63,597 bases of DNA from an uncultured virus (IMG/VR IMGVR_UViG_3300031134_000653) (taxonomy: Duplodnaviria; Heunggongvirae; Uroviricota; Caudoviricetes): IMG/VR virus record IMGVR_UViG_3300031134_000653; one strand, given 5' to 3'. Made by a program: the position numbers and the translations under genes. This document shows positions 1 through 8,981 of this stretch, piece by piece. The notes under the pieces were generated by a model, which ran no database searches, was not told where the DNA came from, and saw only the letters and a program-made list of their open reading frames with translations. Every line of letters begins with the position of its first letter. Positions within the stretch are counted from its first letter, which is position 1.

Positions 1-498
1 TGAAACGACCTCTACTTTTGTTACACGAGGATAAGTTTGAGAAATAGGGATGCTTACTCCTGTTGATTCAAACTTGTAGCTTTGACCGACAGTAAGGTTA
101 GCTGCAGGTGAACCTCCTTGGAGAGCTTCTGTGTCCCATTCAAAGCGACCGCAGTCAGTTTCGAAGAAGTTGGTTGTGTTCGTTCGTGTGACTGTGCAGG
201 TTTCTGAACCTTCGAAGTATTTTCCTGATAGCAAATCAGGAATGGTCTGTGGATTCACAAACAGATAGAATCCGAGGCTGATTGCGATGAGAATAACAAA
301 GCCAGTAGCAACCCGACGAAGGTTCAATGCACCTTTTTGAGTTTGACCTGCAAGTTTTCTGCGTTTGCGTTTTGTCGTCATACGCTTAGGGGCTTGAATA
401 GGAGCTCTTACTCTGTTTCCAGCAGATCGAGTGGGAGTTTTAGAAAAAGATGGAGGCGCTTGAATAGGAGCTCGGGACTCACTTCTTTCATCAGGCAT
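1..498 (-). CDS. membrane-anchored hypothetical protein, runs off window edge
   Basis: Not in ORF track. Read by hand from ATG 498: MPDERSESRAPIQAP...KRKRRK...TM (VATGFVILIAISLGFYLFV)...TDCGRF; no stop before position 1; CCGATA motif upstream at 533-538. Confidence 0.75.
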   Translation of the reverse strand, partial: MPDERSESRAPIQAPPSFSKTPTRSAGNRVRAPIQAPKRMTTKRKRRKLAGQTQKGALNLRRVATGFVILIAISLGFYLFVNPQTIPDLLSGKYFEGSETCTVTRTNTTNFFETDCGRFEWDTEALQGGSPAANLTVGQSYKFESTGVSIPISQTYPRVTKVEVVS

Positions 499-612
499 AA
501 TTTTCCATTCGGGTTACTTTCTACACGCTTAATATCGGAACACTGAGGGTTGACTTTACTATACTCGTCTGGTAAGCTTCTGATAAGTCTATTTACACGA
601 AGAGGATCGTTC

Positions 613-1095
613 ATGACATTGCTTGTCAGCCAGATCGAGTCGACTAAAGGCTCCGTAACATTTCCGTTTGTTCAAGAGTTTGTAACAACCTTGCATTACG
701 GAAACATTTTGAAACCTGTACTTGAAACTACAGGCACTTCATACACTTCAGATATTTCTGCTGTCGATGGTGAAGCTGTAGAAACCTTGGTAATTACATT
801 CGACTCGGTTGAGCAGGTTTTTTCTTACCTGCTGTTCGAACAGCGTTACGTTATTGCAGAGATGCTCAAAGAAACTGCAGCTCTTGAGCAGCAGAAAATC
901 CGCAAGCCTGGAAGCTTCAAGAAGGTTTCTGTTCCTACAACACCTGCTAACGAAATTATCAGACGCATCAGTAAGTCTTACTCGAACGTAATTGCATTAG
1001 TTAGTGACACCACCCAGAAAGAACGGTTCACTGTTGAGGATGCAGTGGTAGCAGATTATTTAGCTCTTCTCCACAATGAATCAACTGCTCAGTAA
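613..1095 (+). CDS. hypothetical protein
   Basis: ORF; ATG 613 follows AGAGGA RBS. Confidence 0.7.
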   Translation: MTLLVSQIESTKGSVTFPFVQEFVTTLHYGNILKPVLETTGTSYTSDISAVDGEAVETLVITFDSVEQVFSYLLFEQRYVIAEMLKETAALEQQKIRKPGSFKKVSVPTTPANEIIRRISKSYSNVIALVSDTTQKERFTVEDAVVADYLALLHNESTAQ

Positions 1096-1128
1096 CATGC
1101 TGAAGCCCAATAGAGAATACAGGTCAGC

Positions 1129-2007
1129 ATGCAAGAAAGGCATACGAACGTGAAAACAGTCCATCTTATCTCCCACCAGAATTGGCATCGGGATGAACTG
1201 GCGACTTCTGGCGAATGGACTGTTGATTATTCGCATGGTTTAGATGTCCCTGCTTATGAGCAGAAGGATGCATGGTGGCTTCCTCAAGCCCAAGCTGTTC
1301 AGCTGCTGCGAGCGGTTGAACATCATGGTCTTCCTGAACTCACTTTCACCGCACCAGCTCCTTACCTTCTGGATACTGTCCCTTCAGAGCTTTTGGGTCG
1401 CAGGGTAGAGACGATGACAGCTGAAGAAGCTGTATCAACTCTTTTCGAATGGCCCACTCTGTGGTGGAAGATGGCTACTGCTAAAAATGACCTGTTCCTG
1501 GCTAAAGAGCGAGACCATGCTGAACTGTTGAACTTGGTTCAGACTTTGGAACTTCCCACTACAGCAATCCTTCAATCTTCGACACCTTTGCCAGAAATTA
1601 TTTCAGAGTACCGCTTCTTTGTGGCAAAGAAGAAGCATGAGTACCTCATCCTGGCATCCAGCGGATACCTCAACAACGGAGTCAGCGTGTATGACGGAGC
1701 TGTGTTTGAGGAGAAGGAAGAGGAGAAAGCTGCAGAAGTCGTAGAACAGCTTTTTGACGCAGACATTGACCTCCCGCCTTCTTTTGTTGTGGATGTTGCT
1801 GTCACTGTTGACGGGGCTTTCATTCTTGAGTTCAACCCATCCTGGTGTTCAGGGTGGTATGAGTGTGAGATTGATGGAGTTCTTACTACCATTGAACGAG
1901 CTTTCAGAGTGACTCCTCGTGAGTACAAAGCTTGGGCTTATAACCCTGACCCTGTGCTGTTACAGAAGTTTGCTAACCCTGGAAGACGAATCTGGGGAAC
2001 CAGTTGA
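1129..2007 (+). CDS. ATP-grasp domain protein (DUF4343/R2K-like)
   Basis: EYRFFV...FVVDVA...ILEFNPSWCSGWY motifs. Confidence 0.75.
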   Translation: MQERHTNVKTVHLISHQNWHRDELATSGEWTVDYSHGLDVPAYEQKDAWWLPQAQAVQLLRAVEHHGLPELTFTAPAPYLLDTVPSELLGRRVETMTAEEAVSTLFEWPTLWWKMATAKNDLFLAKERDHAELLNLVQTLELPTTAILQSSTPLPEIISEYRFFVAKKKHEYLILASSGYLNNGVSVYDGAVFEEKEEEKAAEVVEQLFDADIDLPPSFVVDVAVTVDGAFILEFNPSWCSGWYECEIDGVLTTIERAFRVTPREYKAWAYNPDPVLLQKFANPGRRIWGTS

Positions 2008-2083
2008 CTTTTTAGAATACATCGTGATATGTTTAGTGGACCAAAGCAGGAGAGCTTTGGTCCACTAAACATTTGGAGAGATA

Positions 2084-2578
2084 ATGACTACTGCAACGCT
2101 GACTGTTCTTCCTGCTTCTGGAGACAAGGTTGTCCAGAGTGACTACAAGGTGAAAAGCTACAACCCTCGACAGGGACGTGACACTGAGCAGTTCGCTGCA
2201 AGCCTATACCGTGGCACGAAGAAGGTTGCTATCGTGGAGAATGAAGGCTCTGGTGGAGCTCACTGGTTCAGCTTTGTCAGCACGGAGGAGGCTCTGCTTT
2301 GGGATGAGTATGTTGCTCAGTACGACTGGACTGAGGACATTGAGACTGAGGACTACAGCTTCACTCTTCATTTTGACAAGGATGCCGTGTTTGACCGTCT
2401 CGCCAACGAGGTGGTCGCTGCACGCTGGCTGAACAAGATGGAGCGGACCCACCAGAAGTTCGTCATCGTCAAGGACCTTGAGGATGTCAAGAAGAATGTC
2501 TTCCTGATTGCAGGAATCCTTGATGTCGGAGATTTCGTGTGGAATGGTTCTGGTTGGGACCTTCACCAGGAAGTCTGA
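2084..2578 (+). CDS. hypothetical phage-type protein
   Basis: ORF with GGAGAG RBS, TTGACT..TATGTT promoter, VENEGSGG motif. Confidence 0.75.
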   Translation: MTTATLTVLPASGDKVVQSDYKVKSYNPRQGRDTEQFAASLYRGTKKVAIVENEGSGGAHWFSFVSTEEALLWDEYVAQYDWTEDIETEDYSFTLHFDKDAVFDRLANEVVAARWLNKMERTHQKFVIVKDLEDVKKNVFLIAGILDVGDFVWNGSGWDLHQEV

Positions 2579-2586
2579 ACCAACTA

Positions 2587-2621
2587 AGAAGGGCTGCAAC
2601 CGTCATGGTTGCAGCCCTTCT
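2587..2621. terminator. bidirectional hairpin, 15-bp arms
   Basis: AGAAGGGCTGCAACC-gtcat-GGTTGCAGCCCTTCT between convergent genes. Confidence 0.8.
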
Positions 2622-2633
2622 CTTAACACTAAC

Positions 2634-3284
2634 TTATGAAGCGTCTTTACTTTTTGCTTCTTCTGCGGCTTTCTTCACACGTGCAGTAGCAGCACTAACA
2701 CTTTCAGATGCGTCTTCCTTCGCAGCTGTGGCTTTGCTTTGTACTGTGCGAGTTGTTTTCTTGGAAACGAACTTTCCATCAGAGACAGCGTTATCAGCTG
2801 TTTTTTCTGCCTTTTCCTTTACCTGACCTACAACGTCTTTGGCATCCTCTTTTACTGATTCGACTGTTGTAGGGGTTCTATCAGAAGCTTCTTTTACTGC
2901 ATCTTCCGCTTTGTCTTTAACATCAGCTACTTTGCTTTTCACTGCGTCAGCGGCTTTGCCGGTTGCTTTCTTAGCTTCTTCAACTGTTTTGTCACTGTCT
3001 TTACTGTCGACCTTAGCTGAAACTTTTTCTACTTTGTTTTCAACAGCGTCCTTCACATCAGCAGCAGTCTCTTTAGACTTTTCTGCCAAATCCCGTACAG
3101 CAGTTTTACCTTTGCTTGAAGCACCAAGGATGACATCCTTGTAGTCTTCAGGATTACGTGGGTCTTTGTTCTGCTTCTTCATTAAAGCGGACAGACCAGC
3201 GACAGCGCCGGCACCAGCAGCTACGCCAACTACTGTCCAGGAGATGATTGGATGTACTTTGAAGGATTTGGCTAATGTTTTCAT
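2634..3284 (-). CDS. membrane-anchored Lys/Ala/Glu-rich (LEA/YtxH-like) protein
   Basis: N-terminal TM then repetitive KDKAEDA-type helices. Confidence 0.7.
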   Translation of the reverse strand: MKTLAKSFKVHPIISWTVVGVAAGAGAVAGLSALMKKQNKDPRNPEDYKDVILGASSKGKTAVRDLAEKSKETAADVKDAVENKVEKVSAKVDSKDSDKTVEEAKKATGKAADAVKSKVADVKDKAEDAVKEASDRTPTTVESVKEDAKDVVGQVKEKAEKTADNAVSDGKFVSKKTTRTVQSKATAAKEDASESVSAATARVKKAAEEAKSKDAS

Positions 3285-3354
3285 GAAACTAGGTATCGGT
3301 CACTTTTTCCAACATCTCGCGTTTCTTTCAGGATTTGTACAGGAAAGCATGTAA

Positions 3355-3389
3355 AAACCCCTCTGGTTGAGAGATAACCAGAGGGGTTT
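3355..3389. terminator. hairpin, 14-bp arms
   Basis: AAACCCCTCTGGTT-gagagat-AACCAGAGGGGTTT downstream of adk operon. Confidence 0.7.
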
Positions 3390-3414
3390 AACCTCGCCGT
3401 TGAGGCTGAATGAA

Positions 3415-3681
3415 TTACTGTTTGACGAAACCGTCTTCAATTTTGACTACATCTCCCATTTGAAGGTAAGTACAGGCAGAAGCTTCAGCGTAGCCTCTCA
3501 CAGGTACTCCGTCTTTAGCTTCTGCTGTGACAAGGCAGTCTCGATTATCGATGTCACTGTTTTCATTGATAACTCGATGAGCTTCAACGACATGCAACTC
3601 CTGGTCGCTAAGCCATACAAAAAGAGCTATCCAGATGACTGCAATCACAGCCACAATAGCTACAATGGCTCTTTTCGGCAT
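3415..3681 (-). CDS. small membrane-anchored protein
   Basis: N-terminal TM, directly downstream of adk. Confidence 0.7.
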   Translation of the reverse strand: MPKRAIVAIVAVIAVIWIALFVWLSDQELHVVEAHRVINENSDIDNRDCLVTAEAKDGVPVRGYAEASACTYLQMGDVVKIEDGFVKQ

Positions 3682-3685
3682 GAGT

Positions 3686-4246
3686 TTAGCTCACTGACTC
3701 TAAAAACTGAACCATATCTTTTTGGATGTCTGCAACTTGACGGTCTCCGTCAAACAGAACACTTTGACCGGTTCCAGAGTAATGATTCAGCACTGGGTCC
3801 ATGGTTTGGGTGTAGATGTTCATACGCTCTTGGATAACTTCCTGAGTATCGTCCGCTCGTCCTCCGCTTTTTGCTCGGTTAAGAAGACGTTCAACACATG
3901 CAATTTCAGCTACCTCAATGTTGAGAACATAGTCGATTCTGATGCTCTCGTCTTGAAGGAAATGAACCTGGTTAAGAGTGCGAGGATAACCATCAAGAAT
4001 GAAACCGTTGGCACAGTCAGCTTCCTGCAGTCGCTCTTTTACCACCTGGTTGGTGATGTCATCCGAAGTGTAGTGACCGGCTTTCATCGATTCTGTGATG
4101 GCTTTACCTAAAGGCGTTTGACGCTCCACATGGTCACGGAAGATATCGCCTGTAGAGATGTGGGGGATGTTGAAATGTTCAGCCAACAGCTTAGCCTGGG
4201 TACCCTTACCTGAACCTGGCCTTCCAGCGAAGATGAGGTTGTACAT
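3686..4246 (-). CDS. adk: adenylate kinase (short LID)
   Basis: GRPGSGKGTQA P-loop, HISTGDIFR, GFILDGYPRT, GRADD. Confidence 0.95.
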   Translation of the reverse strand: MYNLIFAGRPGSGKGTQAKLLAEHFNIPHISTGDIFRDHVERQTPLGKAITESMKAGHYTSDDITNQVVKERLQEADCANGFILDGYPRTLNQVHFLQDESIRIDYVLNIEVAEIACVERLLNRAKSGGRADDTQEVIQERMNIYTQTMDPVLNHYSGTGQSVLFDGDRQVADIQKDMVQFLESVS

Positions 4247-4258
4247 TACAGCAGCTCC

Positions 4259-4798
4259 TTAGTTGTTTTTCAACCAGTCAGGAGTTCTCAGCCATTCAGG
4301 AATAGCATCTTCCTTGCGGGGGAACTCTTCGATATCCTCTTTGTAGTCTACCACATCCCAAGGAGAGTTATAGCTTTCGGTCTCAACTTCAGGAGCGATG
4401 TACCACTCTTCTGGTGTGGCGCCACTGTAAATCTGCTTGTCATAGTTGTAAGAAGTCTGGGTGATGAAACCATCTGCTGCAGTGGTGAACTGAACGGAGA
4501 ACCATGCTCCTTTTTCAGCGGAGAACTGCTGGGTTTTCAGTTTGTAAAGCTCGTAGATGCTCTCAGGGTTGATATCCCCGAAACGGAATTTGCCGTCTTT
4601 ACCTTCAATAATACTGCTGACGAACACACCATTCTTGACTACAGATACAAGAACATGAGCTCGTTCGTCAGTGGAGGTGAGAACTTTGAGGAGCTGAGCC
4701 TGGATATCAGCTCGAATAACACCAAGTAAGGTCAAGGCATCAGCAGGAACACTTTCAACTGAGAAAGTAACTTCGGGGGTAGGATTGTTTTCAGTCAT
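4259..4798 (-). CDS. putative immunity-type protein (YezG/DUF600-like, actinobacterial)
   Basis: GAWFS...G...YNYD...DIEEFPR...IPEWL C-terminal pattern. Confidence 0.55.
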   Translation of the reverse strand: MTENNPTPEVTFSVESVPADALTLLGVIRADIQAQLLKVLTSTDERAHVLVSVVKNGVFVSSIIEGKDGKFRFGDINPESIYELYKLKTQQFSAEKGAWFSVQFTTAADGFITQTSYNYDKQIYSGATPEEWYIAPEVETESYNSPWDVVDYKEDIEEFPRKEDAIPEWLRTPDWLKNN

Positions 4799-4867
4799 GT
4801 AAGGCATATCGGTTCTTATGACCGATAGAGGACATATACCAGTTACGCAATGAAGAACAGGATTCAC

Positions 4868-5176
4868 ATGACTGACGCAGCACCAGATTACGACATTGAC
4901 AGCATCTTAGAAGCAGTTGAAGAGACTGGGCTTCTTTTTGCCGGCACCGGCGAGCTTGAACTCCTCAAAGAATCCGTTGGCAGTGTCATCGTGGTTGACA
5001 CCATCATGTTTGCTTACACTCAGCTCAGTGACCGAGTAGTAGCAAATGGTAAACCACGCAGATACCGTTTCCGTTCACGCCTTGTGAGTTCCCTCTACAC
5101 TGAAAAGAATACTAAAGGTCGCTTCATCTTTGAAGACGGAACAGTAGTGTACTACGACCGTAGCGTCCTGGACTAA
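4868..5176 (+). CDS. hypothetical protein
   Basis: ORF, AGGA RBS, CCGATA at 4822-4827. Confidence 0.7.
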   Translation: MTDAAPDYDIDSILEAVEETGLLFAGTGELELLKESVGSVIVVDTIMFAYTQLSDRVVANGKPRRYRFRSRLVSSLYTEKNTKGRFIFEDGTVVYYDRSVLD

Positions 5177-5355
5177 GACAGCTCGTTTAGCTTCCGCTCA
5201 ATCTCTTTTGCCTGGACTTTGGTCATCTTTCTGTCTGAAGCTGACACATGGTTAGACTCTTCCTGTGCATCATCTTTTGCTGGAGCGGGTTTCACCAATA
5301 AGGCAATTGTCATGCCTGCCACAGCCAACATACCTACAATAATTAAGTTGAACAT
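5173..5355 (-). CDS. small membrane protein
   Basis: N-terminal TM, GGAAGGA RBS. Confidence 0.65.
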   Translation of the reverse strand: MFNLIIVGMLAVAGMTIALLVKPAPAKDDAQEESNHVSASDRKMTKVQAKEIERKLNELS

Positions 5356-5389
5356 TTTTTCCTTCCTTCTTCCAGTGTAACTCAGATGT

Positions 5390-5698
5390 TTAGTCTAAGA
5401 AGAAAAACACCGTTGGGTACAGTGTCAAAACAATCATGTGCAGTACTGTCAGAATCAGTAGAACCAGTTTATGGTTAGTTGGCTGATTATCTGAAGAACG
5501 TCGGACTGCACTGATGGCGAATAGAAGACCCGTGCTATGGATAACAAGGACTGTTAGCATCACGCCCCAAGAACGAATGTAGTCTAAATCTATGTCCCCT
5601 TTTGAAGCAGAATTGATGAATAAGAGAAGCATGATAATGAACAAGCTTCCTGATGCAACAGCATTTCTACTGTATGTTTGCTTGAAAAAGTCTTTCAT
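5390..5698 (-). CDS. membrane protein
   Basis: 3 hydrophobic segments, ATGA overlap. Confidence 0.7.
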   Translation of the reverse strand: MKDFFKQTYSRNAVASGSLFIIMLLLFINSASKGDIDLDYIRSWGVMLTVLVIHSTGLLFAISAVRRSSDNQPTNHKLVLLILTVLHMIVLTLYPTVFFFLD

Positions 5699-6186
5699 TC
5701 TAAGCTCTCCAATTGCAGGACCACGAAAATCACAATGGAGTAAACAATAACAAGAAGCTGCACAGAACCAAGGATCATACTTGCTGCAAATGTCATCACT
5801 AACGCTTTACGGTCAGGGTCAGAAACTTCAACAACCTGATGGTCCAGTGAAGTATCGTAAGTTTTTGTTTTGTACGCTTTGATGCTTTTGCTACTCTTCA
5901 TCAACTTCTGTTGGAGGAGTAAACCTTTAGTTGACAAAGCCATTCCCAGAAGGATCAGAACAGACACAAAAACGGTCCCTGGCAGGTCTTCCGCAGTCAC
6001 ATATAAGCGGACAACAGCTAAAGGAAGAATTACCAGCACAGCTCCTAGTAAAGAAAACGCTAACTCATTGGGCTGCGATTCGACATCTTCGTTCAGATGA
6101 AGAGTCTGATTTGTTGGATCGGACGACGAAACATCAGCACTTGTGTAATACACAGGTGCTGATTCGCTATCGTTCGTCTGGTCCAT
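5695..6186 (-). CDS. membrane protein
   Basis: 3 hydrophobic segments. Confidence 0.7.
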   Translation of the reverse strand: MDQTNDSESAPVYYTSADVSSSDPTNQTLHLNEDVESQPNELAFSLLGAVLVILPLAVVRLYVTAEDLPGTVFVSVLILLGMALSTKGLLLQQKLMKSSKSIKAYKTKTYDTSLDHQVVEVSDPDRKALVMTFAASMILGSVQLLVIVYSIVIFVVLQLESLE

Positions 6187-6191
6187 ACGTT

Positions 6192-6473
6192 TTAGAACAG
6201 CTGTACTGACCCGAGAATTTCAGCTGCTTGGGTGAAACTCCACCAACCTGCAGCCAACATGCTTGTGCCAATGACAAGCAGAATACCAAAAGTAGGCTTA
6301 CGACGCTCTTTGAGGAAATCGTCCACCTTTACTGTTCCTACGTTAGGCAGGAACAGGGTTGGAGCGAAAAGCAAAGAACCTGCTGCAAGGAACAGAGCTA
6401 CTACACCTAAAAGCAAGTAAGGAATCATAGGCATAAGCTGGCCTAAGCTGGCGAAATCTAATGTGTTGTTCAT
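6192..6473 (-). CDS. membrane protein
   Basis: 2 hydrophobic segments. Confidence 0.7.
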   Translation of the reverse strand: MNNTLDFASLGQLMPMIPYLLLGVVALFLAAGSLLFAPTLFLPNVGTVKVDDFLKERRKPTFGILLVIGTSMLAAGWWSFTQAAEILGSVQLF

Positions 6474-6518
6474 GAACTATTTTCTCTCGTGTTAAAGAAG
6501 TATCTGTTCGAGGTTAGC

Positions 6519-6887
6519 TTAATTTCCGATTCCAGCCCCGTAAAGGAGAGTTGAAATTACTGGGGCTGAGCTCATGATTATACCAAAAGCCACAATTCCC
6601 ACCATTGTCCATTTTTCCCACGCTGGTTGGAAACCAGTCTTCTTGATTTGGAAAGCTGCTGTTATGGTGCCAGTGAGCGAGAAGATAGCACTGAAAAGCC
6701 ACGAAGTGACACTGTTCATGTATCGTAGTGTTTCTGGGTTGTCAAAGGAAGCAATGAATACTGGTAGCCCTAAAAGTACGAAAACAGCACAGAAAGGAAT
6801 AAGCCAGACCCTATTCCTGTAAGGGGAAACTGGAAGAACGTATTGCCTGTTCATCTGATTTGGGTCGAATTTGTTTATCTCGCTCAT
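6519..6887 (-). CDS. membrane protein
   Basis: 3 TM; start coupled to upstream stop (TGATG). Confidence 0.7.
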   Translation of the reverse strand: MSEINKFDPNQMNRQYVLPVSPYRNRVWLIPFCAVFVLLGLPVFIASFDNPETLRYMNSVTSWLFSAIFSLTGTITAAFQIKKTGFQPAWEKWTMVGIVAFGIIMSSAPVISTLLYGAGIGN

Positions 6888-7300
6888 CAGATACCTCCAA
6901 CTGTCAAATAGCCTAAGAAAATTGCTAATGGGGCCAACACGTTGACAACACACAAAGGTACGATTACCCACAGGTTAGGTTTCATGACGTAAGGGTTGTA
7001 TCTCATGTCGCCAGTAACTCCGCTGTACCTGAAAACAATTTCTTGGTATCTCTTCCGCAGAAGTTCAATGCTAAGCGACACAACTGTCATAGCTAAAGAC
7101 AGGAATGCAAAAAGGACAATGGCAAGAATGGCCAGGAAGCCTTCAACCGGAGCGTTACTGGGGAAACCAAAGATTCCGAAAAAGATGGTGATACTGAATG
7201 CAGAAAAAACAGCAGCGACAATAGCTAATGACAACGAAGAGATACGTGAAGGCGGATTCTTTGGAGGCAGCATCAACGCTGGTTGGGAAGGCATGCTCAT
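6887..7300 (-). CDS. membrane protein
   Basis: 3 TM; CCGATA 9 nt upstream of ATG. Confidence 0.7.
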   Translation of the reverse strand: MSMPSQPALMLPPKNPPSRISSLSLAIVAAVFSAFSITIFFGIFGFPSNAPVEGFLAILAIVLFAFLSLAMTVVSLSIELLRKRYQEIVFRYSGVTGDMRYNPYVMKPNLWVIVPLCVVNVLAPLAIFLGYLTVGGI

Positions 7301-7348
7301 AACGAAGAATATCGGGTCATGGTAACTTTTGGTATAGAATCACTGCTT

Positions 7349-7921
7349 GTGAGTAAACTATATTTCCGACACAGTGCCATGAATGCAGGGAAAAGCACTA
7401 ACCTCCTTCAAGCTGCATACAACTATGAAGAGCGTGGCCAACGAGTCATTATTGCTAAACCCAGCATTGATACTAAAAGTGATCGTGTCTTATCTCGTTT
7501 AGGAGTGTCTGCTGAAGTGAACTGGCATGTAACGCCTGAAGTGGATGTCCGCGAACTCCTTCGTCAGGAAACCTCCAAAGTGGACTGTATCCTTATCGAT
7601 GAAGCTCAGTTCCTTTCACCTGAGCAGGTGGATCAGTTCTTCTACATTGCAGTCCAGGAAGACATCCCAGTTTTAGCTTACGGAATCCGCAGCGACTTTG
7701 CTACAAAGTCTTTCCCTGGTTCGATGCGTCTTTTGGAGATTGCTCATTCTTTGGAAGAAATGAAAACCATCTGTCGTTGTGGACGTAAAGCGTTATTCAA
7801 CGGAAGAAAAATTGATGGTGAGTTCGTCAAAGAAGGTTCTCAAGTAGCCATTGATGGACAGCAAGCTGAATATGAATCCCTCTGTGGAAACTGTTACATC
7901 AAATTCTTAGGCTGGTCATAA
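7349..7921 (+). CDS. tdk: thymidine kinase
   Basis: AMNAGKST, ILIDEAQFL, YGIRSDF, CRCGRKA, YESLCGNC; GTG start. Confidence 0.95.
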   Translation: MSKLYFRHSAMNAGKSTNLLQAAYNYEERGQRVIIAKPSIDTKSDRVLSRLGVSAEVNWHVTPEVDVRELLRQETSKVDCILIDEAQFLSPEQVDQFFYIAVQEDIPVLAYGIRSDFATKSFPGSMRLLEIAHSLEEMKTICRCGRKALFNGRKIDGEFVKEGSQVAIDGQQAEYESLCGNCYIKFLGWS

Positions 7922-8013
7922 CTAAACTGGTAACAGGCAACCAAAGTTAATCTGAACCTGGTTGCTTTAAATGCGATGCATATAAGGGTGTAAGACATCT
8001 GTTAGGGAGCGAA

Positions 8014-8460
8014 ATGAAAATTGAGAAAAGTGTCTACTACTATTTAGAAAACAAGTACATTGTTTTGTTGCATAGACGATCTAATGATTTTTCTGTCACC
8101 TTAAAAATGTGGGAAGTAAATAGCTGGTCGTATGATGAAGATAACAACCCCCAGCCTATCTGGGAAGGGGCAACTTTCTGTTTTGAACAGTACCGTAGCG
8201 CCGAAGGTAAAACGTTCTACAGCTTCGAATCAGAACCAGTTTATTCAGAACCCAGAGTTTTTGCTGAAGGCATCAAGCTTGCTGCTCACGTGGCTGATCT
8301 ATTCATACTGCAAGAACGGCCTAAAGAGCACCTCCCTCAATCAGATTGGGTCTACGATCCTGATGAGAAAAAGATTAGGTTGATTCCTATTGACTTCAAA
8401 GGTGATGACCTTTACACCTTGTTCTCCTCTTTCTATGACAAGAATTATATGGTAGAATGA
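8014..8460 (+). CDS. hypothetical protein
   Basis: ORF with GGGAG RBS. Confidence 0.65.
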   Translation: MKIEKSVYYYLENKYIVLLHRRSNDFSVTLKMWEVNSWSYDEDNNPQPIWEGATFCFEQYRSAEGKTFYSFESEPVYSEPRVFAEGIKLAAHVADLFILQERPKEHLPQSDWVYDPDEKKIRLIPIDFKGDDLYTLFSSFYDKNYMVE

Positions 8461-8499
8461 GTCTATCGATTCATTCTGAACATAAAGGATTTGCAATTC

Positions 8500-8979
8500 A
8501 TGTCTTCTTCTGAGTACATTCGCCCTGACCAGGCTTCGTTCGCGGTTCACACGGGAGCGTTCTACTTCCGTAACCTGGAGCAGGCTCGACTTGTTGGTCA
8601 GATGATTGACCACATCGCTACTGAGTCCAACGGTGTCATCGCTGGAACTCCTCGTTCTGTGTACCTGCAGGAGCTTGGTGGGAGTCGACCAGCCTTGTAC
8701 CCTATCCAGGTTGACCGTTCTAAGATTACACGTGGTCAGCAGGAGGTCAGTGCCCGTCTGGGTTCACTTGTCAAGAACCTCCGTAGTGCAATTCCTGAAT
8801 TGGCTGAGGTTGACTTCCTCGAAGAGGTCATGGTTCTTGAGAACCGCGACTGGACGATTGACTACCAGCGTCTGTTCTCAAACATTGCCGAGCATGTCGA
8901 CCGTGTTGCCACCCTGCCTGTGTTCAAGGATGCTGTTGCTCTGACACTTCAGAATGAAGCACTGCGTGGAGTGAAGTAA
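8500..8979 (+). CDS. hypothetical protein
   Basis: ORF, biased codon usage, AAGGA RBS. Confidence 0.75.
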   Translation: MSSSEYIRPDQASFAVHTGAFYFRNLEQARLVGQMIDHIATESNGVIAGTPRSVYLQELGGSRPALYPIQVDRSKITRGQQEVSARLGSLVKNLRSAIPELAEVDFLEEVMVLENRDWTIDYQRLFSNIAEHVDRVATLPVFKDAVALTLQNEALRGVK

Positions 8980-8981
8980 AC

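Noticed and set aside
392..473. 16-nt direct repeat GCTTGAATAGGAGCTC with 66-nt period (CRISPR-like spacing)
   Set aside because: Only two copies; both encode RAPIQAP in frame within the 1..498 gene; no cas genes.
408..614. 68-aa minus-strand ORF in track
   Set aside because: Overlaps the better-supported frame starting at 498.
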